The translations under genes and the position numbers were made by a program. Below, piece after piece: positions 9,411-18,177 of a stretch of DNA of 23,263 nucleotides; the first letter of the stretch is position 1, and the number at the start of each line of letters is the position of its first letter. The notes under the pieces were generated by a model. That model saw nothing but the letters and a program-made list of their open reading frames with translations. It was not told the DNA's origin and did no database searches. The DNA is from Promethearchaeota archaeon (GTDB taxonomy: Archaea > Asgardarchaeota > Lokiarchaeia > Sigyniarchaeales > SOKP01). The DNA is taken from positions 1 through 23,263 of the forward strand of contig JBHLME010000069.1 of NCBI GenBank assembly GCA_048938445.1, read 5' to 3'.

Positions 9411-9964
9411 TTTTTATATAAAATAAAATTATCCTTATATAAAGGAAAAAAGAAACTAACTTAGCATCTTTTTTATAAAATATTTAAAAAAAATAATGAA
9501 TCAAAAAAAAATATATTTTTTAGATTAATTTTTATTATTGAAAAAAGTCAAACAATTAATATAACAAATTATCCGTCTTAATGTATAAAAGTATTTTAGG
9601 TTCTCTAAAAATCTAAGATTAAGTTATTGTTTCTTATCCTTTACATTATTTTCCTATTTATTTTAAATTGTTATTAAAGAAAAAAAGTGATTAAATAATT
9701 TTAAATATAAATTGTCTAATTTTGATTTCACGATTGTAAAAATTTGACTAAACATTCCAAAATTTTTAATGGGAAAGACCTAGGTAAAACAAACCTAAAA
9801 ATATATTCCTTTACTCATTCTTTCCTTTCCCATATAAATAATTCTCCTTGATATTAATGAGGCTTTTTGTTTAACATGATTTTGGATAAATTAAAATAAT
9901 ATTAACAAGAAAAAACTGTGGAAGTGTTTAATCATTATTATTTAAACAAATGATATAAAAAATA

Positions 9965-10318
9965 CTAGGTATTCGTTAATTTTTCTTGAATTTTTATCAA
10001 CCGATCATATACTTCAATCAAGAGACTCTCTCTATCGTTTAAATCTTTTGAAGAAATATTTTTAATGGTCTCAGATGCGAATTCATCAATGGATTTGGAT
10101 TTTAAAAGATGTTCTACATAAAATGGAAAAAAATCTAGGAGTTCTTTGAATATTTCTTCCCTATGAAAGATGATCTCTTCTCTCAGTTTTTTCGCGGGTA
10201 ATAGACCATGTTCGAGTTTACTGATCATTTCTTTCAAGACCTCTAACTTACTCTCATCAAATATGATTTTTTCCAGCATATCTTTTAACATTTCTTCATT
10301 TTTATCAAAACTCATCAT
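9965..10318 (-). CDS. Small soluble alpha-helical hypothetical protein, last gene of the operon
   Basis: 117-aa ORF. An SD-like GAGGTG (10321-10326) overlaps the upstream TGA (TGAGGTGGAATGATG); spacing favours the second ATG at 10315. Confidence 0.8.
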   Translation of the reverse strand: MMSFDKNEEMLKDMLEKIIFDESKLEVLKEMISKLEHGLLPAKKLREEIIFHREEIFKELLDFFPFYVEHLLKSKSIDEFASETIKNISSKDLNDRESLLIEVYDRLIKIQEKLTNT

Positions 10319-10324
10319 TCCACC

Positions 10325-13300
10325 TCACATGTTGTTTGAAACATACACACTCAATAGATAAACTAAATCGTTCAACTTTTTATAAAGCCTTGAAACGTTT
10401 CTCTCTATATCCCCATCTGCAAACTCGACAATCTTGCACTCTTTTATTAACTCCTTTAATAACCCATCATTAATAGGGAATCCTTCAAATGATGTTATTT
10501 GGCTCAAAAATATATCAAATTCTTCTTTAGAAGGTAATTCATCTGATTTATTATAAACCATATATATACGATTGAAAAATTTAGGTAAAAGTTCCCTTTC
10601 CATCTCTTGAGCATTGATATATTGTTCAGCCTTTAAATAGCGATATATTCTGAATATCTTATCAAACAATATTCTCATTTCATTGCCCAACAATTCAATA
10701 AAACGATTCTCTTCATTAATTTTTCCTGTGGATTTTTCACTTTTATCTAATTCTATTTCGGTCTCCTTTGAAACAATTTTGGGATATAAATCATCGAAAT
10801 TATTTCTTTTAGAATCATAGTAATCCTTGAGAGCTCGTTCATATTGAAGTCCTACTGAATAAGATGTCCTAATAGATTCTGAGCCGCTTGCTTGTTTGGG
10901 GTGATTTTCAACTAGATAACTATGCTTGATGAGGATGTTGAAAATATCATTTCTCCAATTCCTAATCTCTCGCTTTTTCTTTTCTGAACCTGCAATCTTT
11001 ACAGCCCGGGAGTAAATAAAGCTCATCAAGTCTTCCTTCAACTTATTTCTATATAAATTTCCAATCTTATCTATTTTTTTAATAGCATCCATGAAATTAA
11101 TGATTTCATCAATAAAAGTAAAATAATTATCAAAGTCCTTTTTAAATATCGTTTTTCGTGCTTGTTGTATGATTCTTTTCTCTGAGTCATCAAAATCATA
11201 TCCATATTCTCTCATGAACTTTACGATTTCATCATATTCCATTTCGGGCGTATTTACTAATTCTCCTACATCTAATTTTACTGGAAAAGGTTGGTTAATA
11301 TCAGACCTTCGGACAATAATTTCATCATCCTTCATATTCATGAGGTAACTTTCTTGAAATGTTTCATTTCGACTTGAGCTATAGATCCCAGTTCCATGTA
11401 ATTTACTAAAGTTCATTAGATTAACTATCTGCTTAATTTCTTGCCTTTCTGTGGTCCTTAATGCAGCATAATTAGTAAAAAAGGTATATACATGTGGATG
11501 TAATGATGTGATGGCCTCTGACGAAACTACTATTCCTAATCCTGCGTTCTTGAGGGGCTCAAAGAATAGATCTATTTTGCCCTGCTTGCCATGCTTATCA
11601 AGAAATCGAGAGTTAAACATGATCTCTATGTGTGGAATGAATATTATTTTCTCACAGTAAGGTTTTTGATTTTCTATATAATGAATTATTTTTGATAATA
11701 TGATAAACGTAGCAAAGATTTTTTTCTGTAGGTCTTTTAATTGAGAAAGATTAATGATAACGGTATAATTTTCTTCAATGAAATCTCTCACGGTAATGTT
11801 TTCATCAGGATCACGGGAAAAAAATAAAGCTTCTAGATCTTGTTGAATGAAATCACTAAAAATTGAAGAGACTGAATCCAGACGGGCATCTTTTTCCCAC
11901 TGGGGTTTATAATCAATGTCATCCGTTATGATTTTTGAATCTTTTTCTAATTCAAGGTTTGGATCTGCTTTTAAAATAGCTTGTTTGAATCCATTCATGA
12001 TCCTATCATCCTTTTGAAATACCAAGCTGAGCACGTCTATCATGTATTTAAGATAGTCCATGTTATTTTTGTCATAGTGAATGTCAGACTTGATGGGATC
12101 TATCATAAATGACTTGCCTAATATAAAATAAAGGATTTCATCTTCAAATCGCGAATTCCGGAAATAATTGAGAAGCTTAGACCATTTTCCGGTGTAATCA
12201 AATACAATGCTAGGTGTTCTTGTTTCAATTAGATCCATTACAATTCTCATCATCAACATTTCCCTGCTACTGTTCGAGCCGCCAGTAATCAAAAGTTCAT
12301 TTAATTGGTCCAAAGTGAACCCCGCTTCATTTTCTTCTCTGTAAACTTCTGTGTTGATGGTATGACCTATGGTAATAAAATTTTTGAGATCAAAAGGCGT
12401 ATTAAATTCAGAAGCAATTCTAGTATCTAGCCCTTTTTTAAACTCCGGAAATATTTTTATCATTTTTGCCAGATATGCTCCATGATACATAAGATAATGA
12501 AGGTGGGTACCATTCATCCTAAAATGCTTGTTTTTCAAACATTCTAACAAGAATCCCGAAATGAGCTTGTTTCCCTTTAACATTTCGCCATGGGATTTAA
12601 TTATGTTCATCTTGAATGCTTGAACAGCTATTCTCTCCTTATCATAGAGATTTTCTTCTAAACATGAAAAATATTTCATTTTAAATGATTTTACAGGGAG
12701 ATATTCGTGTAATGACATAATAAAGATGGTCCTCCAAATCCCTTTTCTTACCGACATGAAGTCATGTTGCTGTGAAGCAGTTTTAGCCCATAAAACTTGA
12801 GTTTGAGTTTTAAGATTTAATAAATCCCATGCTTTATCTTCAAACGTGGCGAACCTCATAGGTGACATGGTATAAGTGAATGAAAGAGGGATTTTCTGAG
12901 GGATTATAGCTTGAATAAACTTGCTCATCCGCGCTATGGGTTTATTTCTAGAATCCAATAATGGAGGTATCGAATGAGTTAAATTGAAAATTTTAGTCCC
13001 GATAAGGAGTTTATTATCGACTGAAGCAAACAAACAGTCAGGAAATCTCTTGAAATAATAAAATGAGATTTTTTCAAAAGGATCAATCGTTTGAATTTCC
13101 ATATTAGTATAAGAAGATTTCTTTAGTAACCCAAAAAGGAATTCTCTCCAGAAAAAAAAAATGAAAGCGATAAATATTCCAATACACCATACCATAATGA
13201 TGATAATTGGAATTCCAACTCTTTCCAAGAGAAGATAAGAAATAATTATAATCATTCCAATATACATTGATTTTAATACTTGTTTAATGACATTCTGAGG

Positions 13301-14161
13301 AAAATTATTCTTTTTCATATCCCCCTGAATCACATCTGATTGAAAAAAAATGGTTTTGAATCCCTTAATCAGATCATCACTCATCAGTTCTTCTATATCA
13401 AAATGCCTGAAATTAGCATCGAATACATTTCTTGCTGCAGCTGAAAACCGATCTAACACTTCTAGTAAATATCGTAATTTCATGGAACTAAACATTCCCT
13501 TCACGTCGTAAAAAAAGCAAAAATATATAATTGTCCTCAAGGAGCGCGCTGATTTTCCTATCTTCATTTTATTTGATTCATTTTTTGAAGTGATGCTCAT
13601 TAGAGGTCTTTGTATGATTTGATACGTAAAGGGGATGTCAATTTCTGAAAGAGAAGTAAATAATTGTTTATAATTGGGTTTAATGTTTTCCGCTACCGTC
13701 TTGACTTGAAAAATTCTCAATCCTACGGTAGTCAAATCCTTGATGTTAGTGTAGAAAAGGGTATCTTTTGTTGATTTCACTGTCCAGAACTGAATGGATT
13801 CAAAGGGAGTTAATTTGCTCGCAGACCGTAATCTCATTGTTAAGAAGTTATTTAATGAAAAAAGTTCTTCATGAAAAACAATAATAAAAAAGACAAAAAT
13901 AAAAAAACCCGTGATGATTGAGGCTATCATATTTTTAAATACCATAAATGTTAAAAGCGTAATGACGCTCATCACACCTCCAAGTACAATGACTTTGATT
14001 GTCGTGAGATTTGAATTCACATCATTAAAACTTGGACTTTTTGCCCATATTTTCAAGTAATTATAAGCATCTTCAATTGATTTATCCTTGTTTCTATATT
14101 TAATCCTATTTCTTTTTTTACTAATTATCTTATCAACATCTTCGTGGGTTAGTGAAGTCAT
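10325..14161 (-). CDS. Membrane-anchored VirB4/HerA-like protein with duplicated N-terminal [2TM + alpha/beta] module, degenerate P-loop ATPase domain and probable C-terminal winged helix
   Basis: Start moved from 14194 to ATG 14161 (ATGA overlap with the upstream stop, GAGGT SD). HerA/VirB4 pattern: ITIG...ELLITGGSNSSRE (Walker A position), PSIVFDYTGKW, FMIDPI, TVIINLSQL, IIFIPHIE (Walker B position), EPLKNAGLGIVVSSE (RK-G..Q position). Four TM segments lie in the N-terminal 350 aa. Confidence 0.75.
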   Translation of the reverse strand: MTSLTHEDVDKIISKKRNRIKYRNKDKSIEDAYNYLKIWAKSPSFNDVNSNLTTIKVIVLGGVMSVITLLTFMVFKNMIASIITGFFIFVFFIIVFHEELFSLNNFLTMRLRSASKLTPFESIQFWTVKSTKDTLFYTNIKDLTTVGLRIFQVKTVAENIKPNYKQLFTSLSEIDIPFTYQIIQRPLMSITSKNESNKMKIGKSARSLRTIIYFCFFYDVKGMFSSMKLRYLLEVLDRFSAAARNVFDANFRHFDIEELMSDDLIKGFKTIFFQSDVIQGDMKKNNFPQNVIKQVLKSMYIGMIIIISYLLLERVGIPIIIIMVWCIGIFIAFIFFFWREFLFGLLKKSSYTNMEIQTIDPFEKISFYYFKRFPDCLFASVDNKLLIGTKIFNLTHSIPPLLDSRNKPIARMSKFIQAIIPQKIPLSFTYTMSPMRFATFEDKAWDLLNLKTQTQVLWAKTASQQHDFMSVRKGIWRTIFIMSLHEYLPVKSFKMKYFSCLEENLYDKERIAVQAFKMNIIKSHGEMLKGNKLISGFLLECLKNKHFRMNGTHLHYLMYHGAYLAKMIKIFPEFKKGLDTRIASEFNTPFDLKNFITIGHTINTEVYREENEAGFTLDQLNELLITGGSNSSREMLMMRIVMDLIETRTPSIVFDYTGKWSKLLNYFRNSRFEDEILYFILGKSFMIDPIKSDIHYDKNNMDYLKYMIDVLSLVFQKDDRIMNGFKQAILKADPNLELEKDSKIITDDIDYKPQWEKDARLDSVSSIFSDFIQQDLEALFFSRDPDENITVRDFIEENYTVIINLSQLKDLQKKIFATFIILSKIIHYIENQKPYCEKIIFIPHIEIMFNSRFLDKHGKQGKIDLFFEPLKNAGLGIVVSSEAITSLHPHVYTFFTNYAALRTTERQEIKQIVNLMNFSKLHGTGIYSSSRNETFQESYLMNMKDDEIIVRRSDINQPFPVKLDVGELVNTPEMEYDEIVKFMREYGYDFDDSEKRIIQQARKTIFKKDFDNYFTFIDEIINFMDAIKKIDKIGNLYRNKLKEDLMSFIYSRAVKIAGSEKKKREIRNWRNDIFNILIKHSYLVENHPKQASGSESIRTSYSVGLQYERALKDYYDSKRNNFDDLYPKIVSKETEIELDKSEKSTGKINEENRFIELLGNEMRILFDKIFRIYRYLKAEQYINAQEMERELLPKFFNRIYMVYNKSDELPSKEEFDIFLSQITSFEGFPINDGLLKELIKECKIVEFADGDIERNVSRLYKKLNDLVYLLSVYVSNNM

Positions 14162-15048
14162 TGGTTTCTTACCTCTTGATAATACAATTTCCAATATAAA
14201 AATCCAAGGATAATAGCTATTCCAAACAGGGCGAATGCAATAAGTGTAAATGCTCCAGATATTTCAGGACGAAATAATTCTTGGATGAGGATCACAATTG
14301 ATAACATTATAAAAACGACAGCCAATCCAATCAAAAAAAAACCTGGGATTTCATTAAGACTCTCTTGATATAAATGATTATTTTTTAATTGTCCCTTAAA
14401 TGATATTTTTTTAGAATTACCCATTGCTATTTCACGTTTCAATTTTTTATATTGCAATAACTGTTCGAAGGACTCTTTATCATATTTATTTTTTAATTTT
14501 TTTCTGATCATTGCTTCTTTATGACTCAATTCATGAGAAAGATACTGTTTAACATGATTACTATCTTTCTTCTTGAAAAAGATTCCCGATCGACCATTAT
14601 TACTCCGTATAAAGAAATTATTTGCTTGTGTTGTATATGAGGATTCCAAATAATCAGTATCATGAATAGACTGATAAACATTTGGAACGTCCATTTTCCT
14701 CAAGTCATAATAAATATTTACGAGTTCTTTGAGTGAATCGAAAGGAAATGACATAGGATTCCTCAAATAAAGTAACTCATATTTTTGAACCTTGTCTATT
14801 ATTTCTTTATGAAAAATCTTAAAATTAAAGGTATTTTGCATGACAGAATTGATTATATTCATATATTCAAATGCCTTGTGTTCTTTATTTGAAATTAACG
14901 GAGCAAATCCAAGCTTGACACCACTTTCATTCAAAACTCTCCTGATCAATAAATAAAAAACTACTGCGGCTCTTCTGGAATCTTCATTTTTCTTACTTAA
15001 ATGTATCAAAGTTCTTAATTTCACGTCAAGATCTTCATATGGGTTCAT
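14158..15048 (-). CDS. Hypothetical protein with soluble helical N-terminal region and two C-terminal TM helices
   Basis: 296-aa ORF with ATGA overlaps at both ends (15045-15048 and 14158-14161). TM segments: IPGFFLIGLAVVFIMLSIVILI and AFTLIAFALFGIAIILGFLYW. Confidence 0.85.
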   Translation of the reverse strand: MNPYEDLDVKLRTLIHLSKKNEDSRRAAVVFYLLIRRVLNESGVKLGFAPLISNKEHKAFEYMNIINSVMQNTFNFKIFHKEIIDKVQKYELLYLRNPMSFPFDSLKELVNIYYDLRKMDVPNVYQSIHDTDYLESSYTTQANNFFIRSNNGRSGIFFKKKDSNHVKQYLSHELSHKEAMIRKKLKNKYDKESFEQLLQYKKLKREIAMGNSKKISFKGQLKNNHLYQESLNEIPGFFLIGLAVVFIMLSIVILIQELFRPEISGAFTLIAFALFGIAIILGFLYWKLYYQEVRNQ

Positions 15049-15776
15049 CTAGTCCTTCGCCACCTTTGTCTTTGAAATTTTTCATAAATAATAGAAACAT
15101 CTTCCTTTGATCGAGATTCCGAATTTAGTTCTGCTATGAATTTCTCTAAAGGAATCTCTTCTTTTGAACTTTCTAAGATCTTCGCAATCAGAGTTTCTGG
15201 AGATCGCTTTTTTGATTCAAATCTATTTATTGTAAGAACAGAAAATAGTATATGAGGAAATATCAAGAGAAAGGACGCCACTTGCATTACATATGCTGGA
15301 CCAATGCAATAAGAATGAATAGTGTTTGTAGACAAATCTTCAATAGATATGAAGGGAAAATATAATTCATTAGTAATTAAAAACGTAAATGGCATTACTA
15401 AAATAAAATATCCATTTATCATCAATAAAAAAGTATTGAGATAAATGTAAGGCTTAGTCTCTTCCATTGAATTGGTCATCTCGACGCTCTTAAGGATTGC
15501 TCCAAATGCGCATATGAATACTAATCCTATAAGAATGACTCCCATAATAAGCAATTCGGTAGAATCTTTAGGTCTAAGGGCTTCATTACTACTTATTCCC
15601 TCAATGAAACTTGTTTGCCAGCTTAAGAATGCATTAAATGACCACTCAGCAATTACACTCCCAGATGAACATGCAGAATAATAATACCAATCCATAAACA
15701 TAGAAATAAATGCTAATGCTAATCCAAATAAAAATAAAATTCGTGCAAACTTTCCTTTTATAGTACCTGCCATCAT
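15045..15776 (-). CDS. Four-TM membrane protein with a beta-rich first outer loop and charged C-terminal tail
   Basis: The ORF track starts at TTG 15782. GGAGG (15784-15788) sits 7 nt before ATG 15776, so that start is preferred. Four hydrophobic segments. Confidence 0.85.
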   Translation of the reverse strand: MMAGTIKGKFARILFLFGLALAFISMFMDWYYYSACSSGSVIAEWSFNAFLSWQTSFIEGISSNEALRPKDSTELLIMGVILIGLVFICAFGAILKSVEMTNSMEETKPYIYLNTFLLMINGYFILVMPFTFLITNELYFPFISIEDLSTNTIHSYCIGPAYVMQVASFLLIFPHILFSVLTINRFESKKRSPETLIAKILESSKEEIPLEKFIAELNSESRSKEDVSIIYEKFQRQRWRRTR

Positions 15777-15778
15777 TC

Positions 15779-17839
15779 TCAATCCTCCAAGAAATTGCTA
15801 TATTTATTTGCCATAGATGGGCTGAATTTAATTTTTCCTCTTGAATTAATTTCATTTTTTTCCTCGTTTTCTTGTTTGCCATTAATGTGTGCGATATGTT
15901 CTTCAATTTCGAATGAACGAACAGTATCAAATTGTTTCGTGTTCATATCGCATTCGTATATGAATTGATGCATCCACTCTTCGGGTAATTCCTCTTTTAT
16001 CATAATAATTCCAGACTCATCAATCTTTAAATTTCTCTCATAATAGGGAGTTGTGAAATATGCATGGAGTTTGGATTGGTTCTTTAGCAAGGAAAGTACA
16101 AAAAATCCAATACCAAGTACGAGTAGCATTGCCATCCCTACTCCTAATCCGATAAATGTTGGTAATAATGAGGGTGCAAATAGCGCAATTAAAAATATTG
16201 CACCCGAATAAATTACAAAAGGTATAGCAAAATAACTTATCCGTGAAAAGAATTTATCATACGTGGTGATGTAACCATCGATCAAGTTTTCCTTGGTTGA
16301 ATGGTTCTCGATCAATATATGTTTCTTTTCAATATAAGCGATGAAATTTTTTATATTCATTGAATCAATGAAATGGATATTCTCAGCTCTTTGCCATGCG
16401 AATGGTGCCATTGAGCTTTCCAAGAACTCGACTTCATTATCAACTATTAAAATGGGACAAATTAATACTTCATAATATTTTTCTCCTGTAGTTAAGAAAA
16501 GCTCTTTTTTTGTAAGAGATTTTTCTATTGTTAGGGATTTTTTCAAATACTTTGAGAGAAAGTGAAATAATGGCCCTTCATTTATGATATCCTTAAAAAG
16601 TTGATCTCGAGAAATCTTCACAGCATCAAAACAGCTTTCAATTAAGAGCCTTTTATCATGCATGTTCAAAGTAATCTTGCGGTTTTCAGGAACATATTGT
16701 ATTTTTTCTTCATATATCCTGTGCTTCCCTTTTCCTGCTGAGATTTTTATGGGGATGATGATGATGAGTTCTAAAAAGTCGGAAATCTCAATTGACTTCG
16801 CTGCTAATAAGTCAATATTTTTAAAAAGCGTTAAATATTGCTCAATTTTTTTGTTGAGAACCCAATAGTCCAGAGATCTCAAGTCATTTTCGATATTTTT
16901 GATGATTTTATCAATTTCTTCACGAGTTAATCTTTCAGCTTGAAGTGGTGTTATAGATGTATTTTTTATGCTGATAGGTTTACTTGGAGTATCATTTATA
17001 ATTGATTCAGATATTAAACCATCTTGAACTAGTAAATCATTGCTTGAATGTAAAAATTCGGAAAAAAATTCCTCATCAATTTTATTGTCATTCATTTTGG
17101 AATCATTTTCATAAAAATTACCTTCTTTAATTTCATCTAATTCATCAAACATAAGAATTTTTTCATTACTCTCATCTATTTGCTGGATTTCATTACTATT
17201 GCTACTAATTTCCTTATCATAATCAGAAGTATTATCAGGTAACACTTCATTATCAATTATCATTTCAGGAGGTTCTATATAATCAGTGAGGTTTGATTGT
17301 ACCATATGATTTCGTGCTACATTGATGTATTTCTCTGCAGATTTCATACCTATCCCCTTGAATGATTGTAACATACGTGGAGTCATTGATGCTAGTTGTT
17401 CAATTGAATCAATACCATTACTTATTAGAATTTCTAAAGTTTTAGGACCGATTCCTTGGAGCATTCCTAATTCTCTTTCGCTTTTTTTAACCTTTGCAAT
17501 CTGGTTCAATTTAGTATCTATTCTTAGAGTTGGATTTCCTTCTACTTGCATGTTCTTTTTTTCCCCTTTTATTGATTCAGGTTCTTGCTCGACATACTCA
17601 CTCATAATTTCCATTTGTTTCTTGATAAAATTGATGAAATTTTCGAATGTATCAATCCACTTTTCATCATTTATTTCAAATGCAATGTCAAGCCCTTTTC
17701 GAGCTAGTCTAAGCCCTTGATCGAAGTCATAGGTGTCGATACATTGATTCACGCCATTCTCCAAGATGGATAATTCCCATTCATTTTCATCATCAAATTC
17801 ATTAATGATATCCATATCGAGTCTAGGGCAATATCTCAT
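15779..17839 (-). CDS. Membrane-anchored helix-hairpin-helix DNA-binding protein with probable degenerate PD-(D/E)XK-like domain
   Basis: 686 aa. Tandem HhH LQGIGPKTLEIL...LQSFKGIGMKSAEKYI (~17310-17470), acidic linker, then ENDLRSLDYWVL...IDLLAAK...LIIIIPIK (~16745-16890) and a TM hairpin (~16090-16240). The HhH and TM calls are strong; the nuclease fold is tentative. Confidence 0.8.
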   Translation of the reverse strand: MRYCPRLDMDIINEFDDENEWELSILENGVNQCIDTYDFDQGLRLARKGLDIAFEINDEKWIDTFENFINFIKKQMEIMSEYVEQEPESIKGEKKNMQVEGNPTLRIDTKLNQIAKVKKSERELGMLQGIGPKTLEILISNGIDSIEQLASMTPRMLQSFKGIGMKSAEKYINVARNHMVQSNLTDYIEPPEMIIDNEVLPDNTSDYDKEISSNSNEIQQIDESNEKILMFDELDEIKEGNFYENDSKMNDNKIDEEFFSEFLHSSNDLLVQDGLISESIINDTPSKPISIKNTSITPLQAERLTREEIDKIIKNIENDLRSLDYWVLNKKIEQYLTLFKNIDLLAAKSIEISDFLELIIIIPIKISAGKGKHRIYEEKIQYVPENRKITLNMHDKRLLIESCFDAVKISRDQLFKDIINEGPLFHFLSKYLKKSLTIEKSLTKKELFLTTGEKYYEVLICPILIVDNEVEFLESSMAPFAWQRAENIHFIDSMNIKNFIAYIEKKHILIENHSTKENLIDGYITTYDKFFSRISYFAIPFVIYSGAIFLIALFAPSLLPTFIGLGVGMAMLLVLGIGFFVLSLLKNQSKLHAYFTTPYYERNLKIDESGIIMIKEELPEEWMHQFIYECDMNTKQFDTVRSFEIEEHIAHINGKQENEEKNEINSRGKIKFSPSMANKYSNFLED

Positions 17840-17867
17840 AGTTATATTTAAAGAAAAAATATGAATT

Positions 17868-17941
17868 TTGATAAAATATCAACAATTCTTGATTAATTAT
17901 CAATTAATAAGAGTTGATAATTTCTTAACAGTTGTTAAGAA
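17868..17941. promoter_or_regulatory. Cluster of palindromic operator-like boxes upstream of the five-gene operon
   Basis: TTGATAaaaTATCAA (17868-17882), TTGATTaatTATCAA (17889-17903) and the weaker TTGATAattTCTTAA (17914-17928), plus a perfect 9-bp inverted repeat ttcttaaca-gt-tgttaagaa (17922-17941). Confidence 0.6.
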
Positions 17942-18177
17942 TAAACTAAATTTCAAAATATTTTAAGAAAAATGGGGAGAAGAACATTAAATTAATGCTT
18001 AATTATACATAAAAAATGACTATAAAATTTGAAAAATTGAAAATCTAAATCGAAATCCAGATTTAATTACTGTGAATAAAACCAAAATTAGTATTAATAA
18101 TTAAGGTTGAGCAAAATATTTATATTGGATAAACTTATAATATTTAAATAAATTATATTATAAAAGAGTGCGTATTG

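Noticed and set aside
17310-17470. RadA or ComEA call from the HhH motifs
   Set aside because: No RecA ATPase domain follows, and the topology (no signal or N-terminal anchor, C-terminal TM hairpin) differs from ComEA.
10170-17720. Short ORFs 10170-10361, 15472-15681, 15646-15930, 16662-16868 and 17322-17720
   Set aside because: Antisense or alternate-frame overlaps of the operon genes with no independent evidence.
9965-17839. Conjugative element or provirus
   Set aside because: No integrase, relaxase, primase, capsid gene or att-like flanking repeats were recognised, and the ATPase motifs are degenerate.
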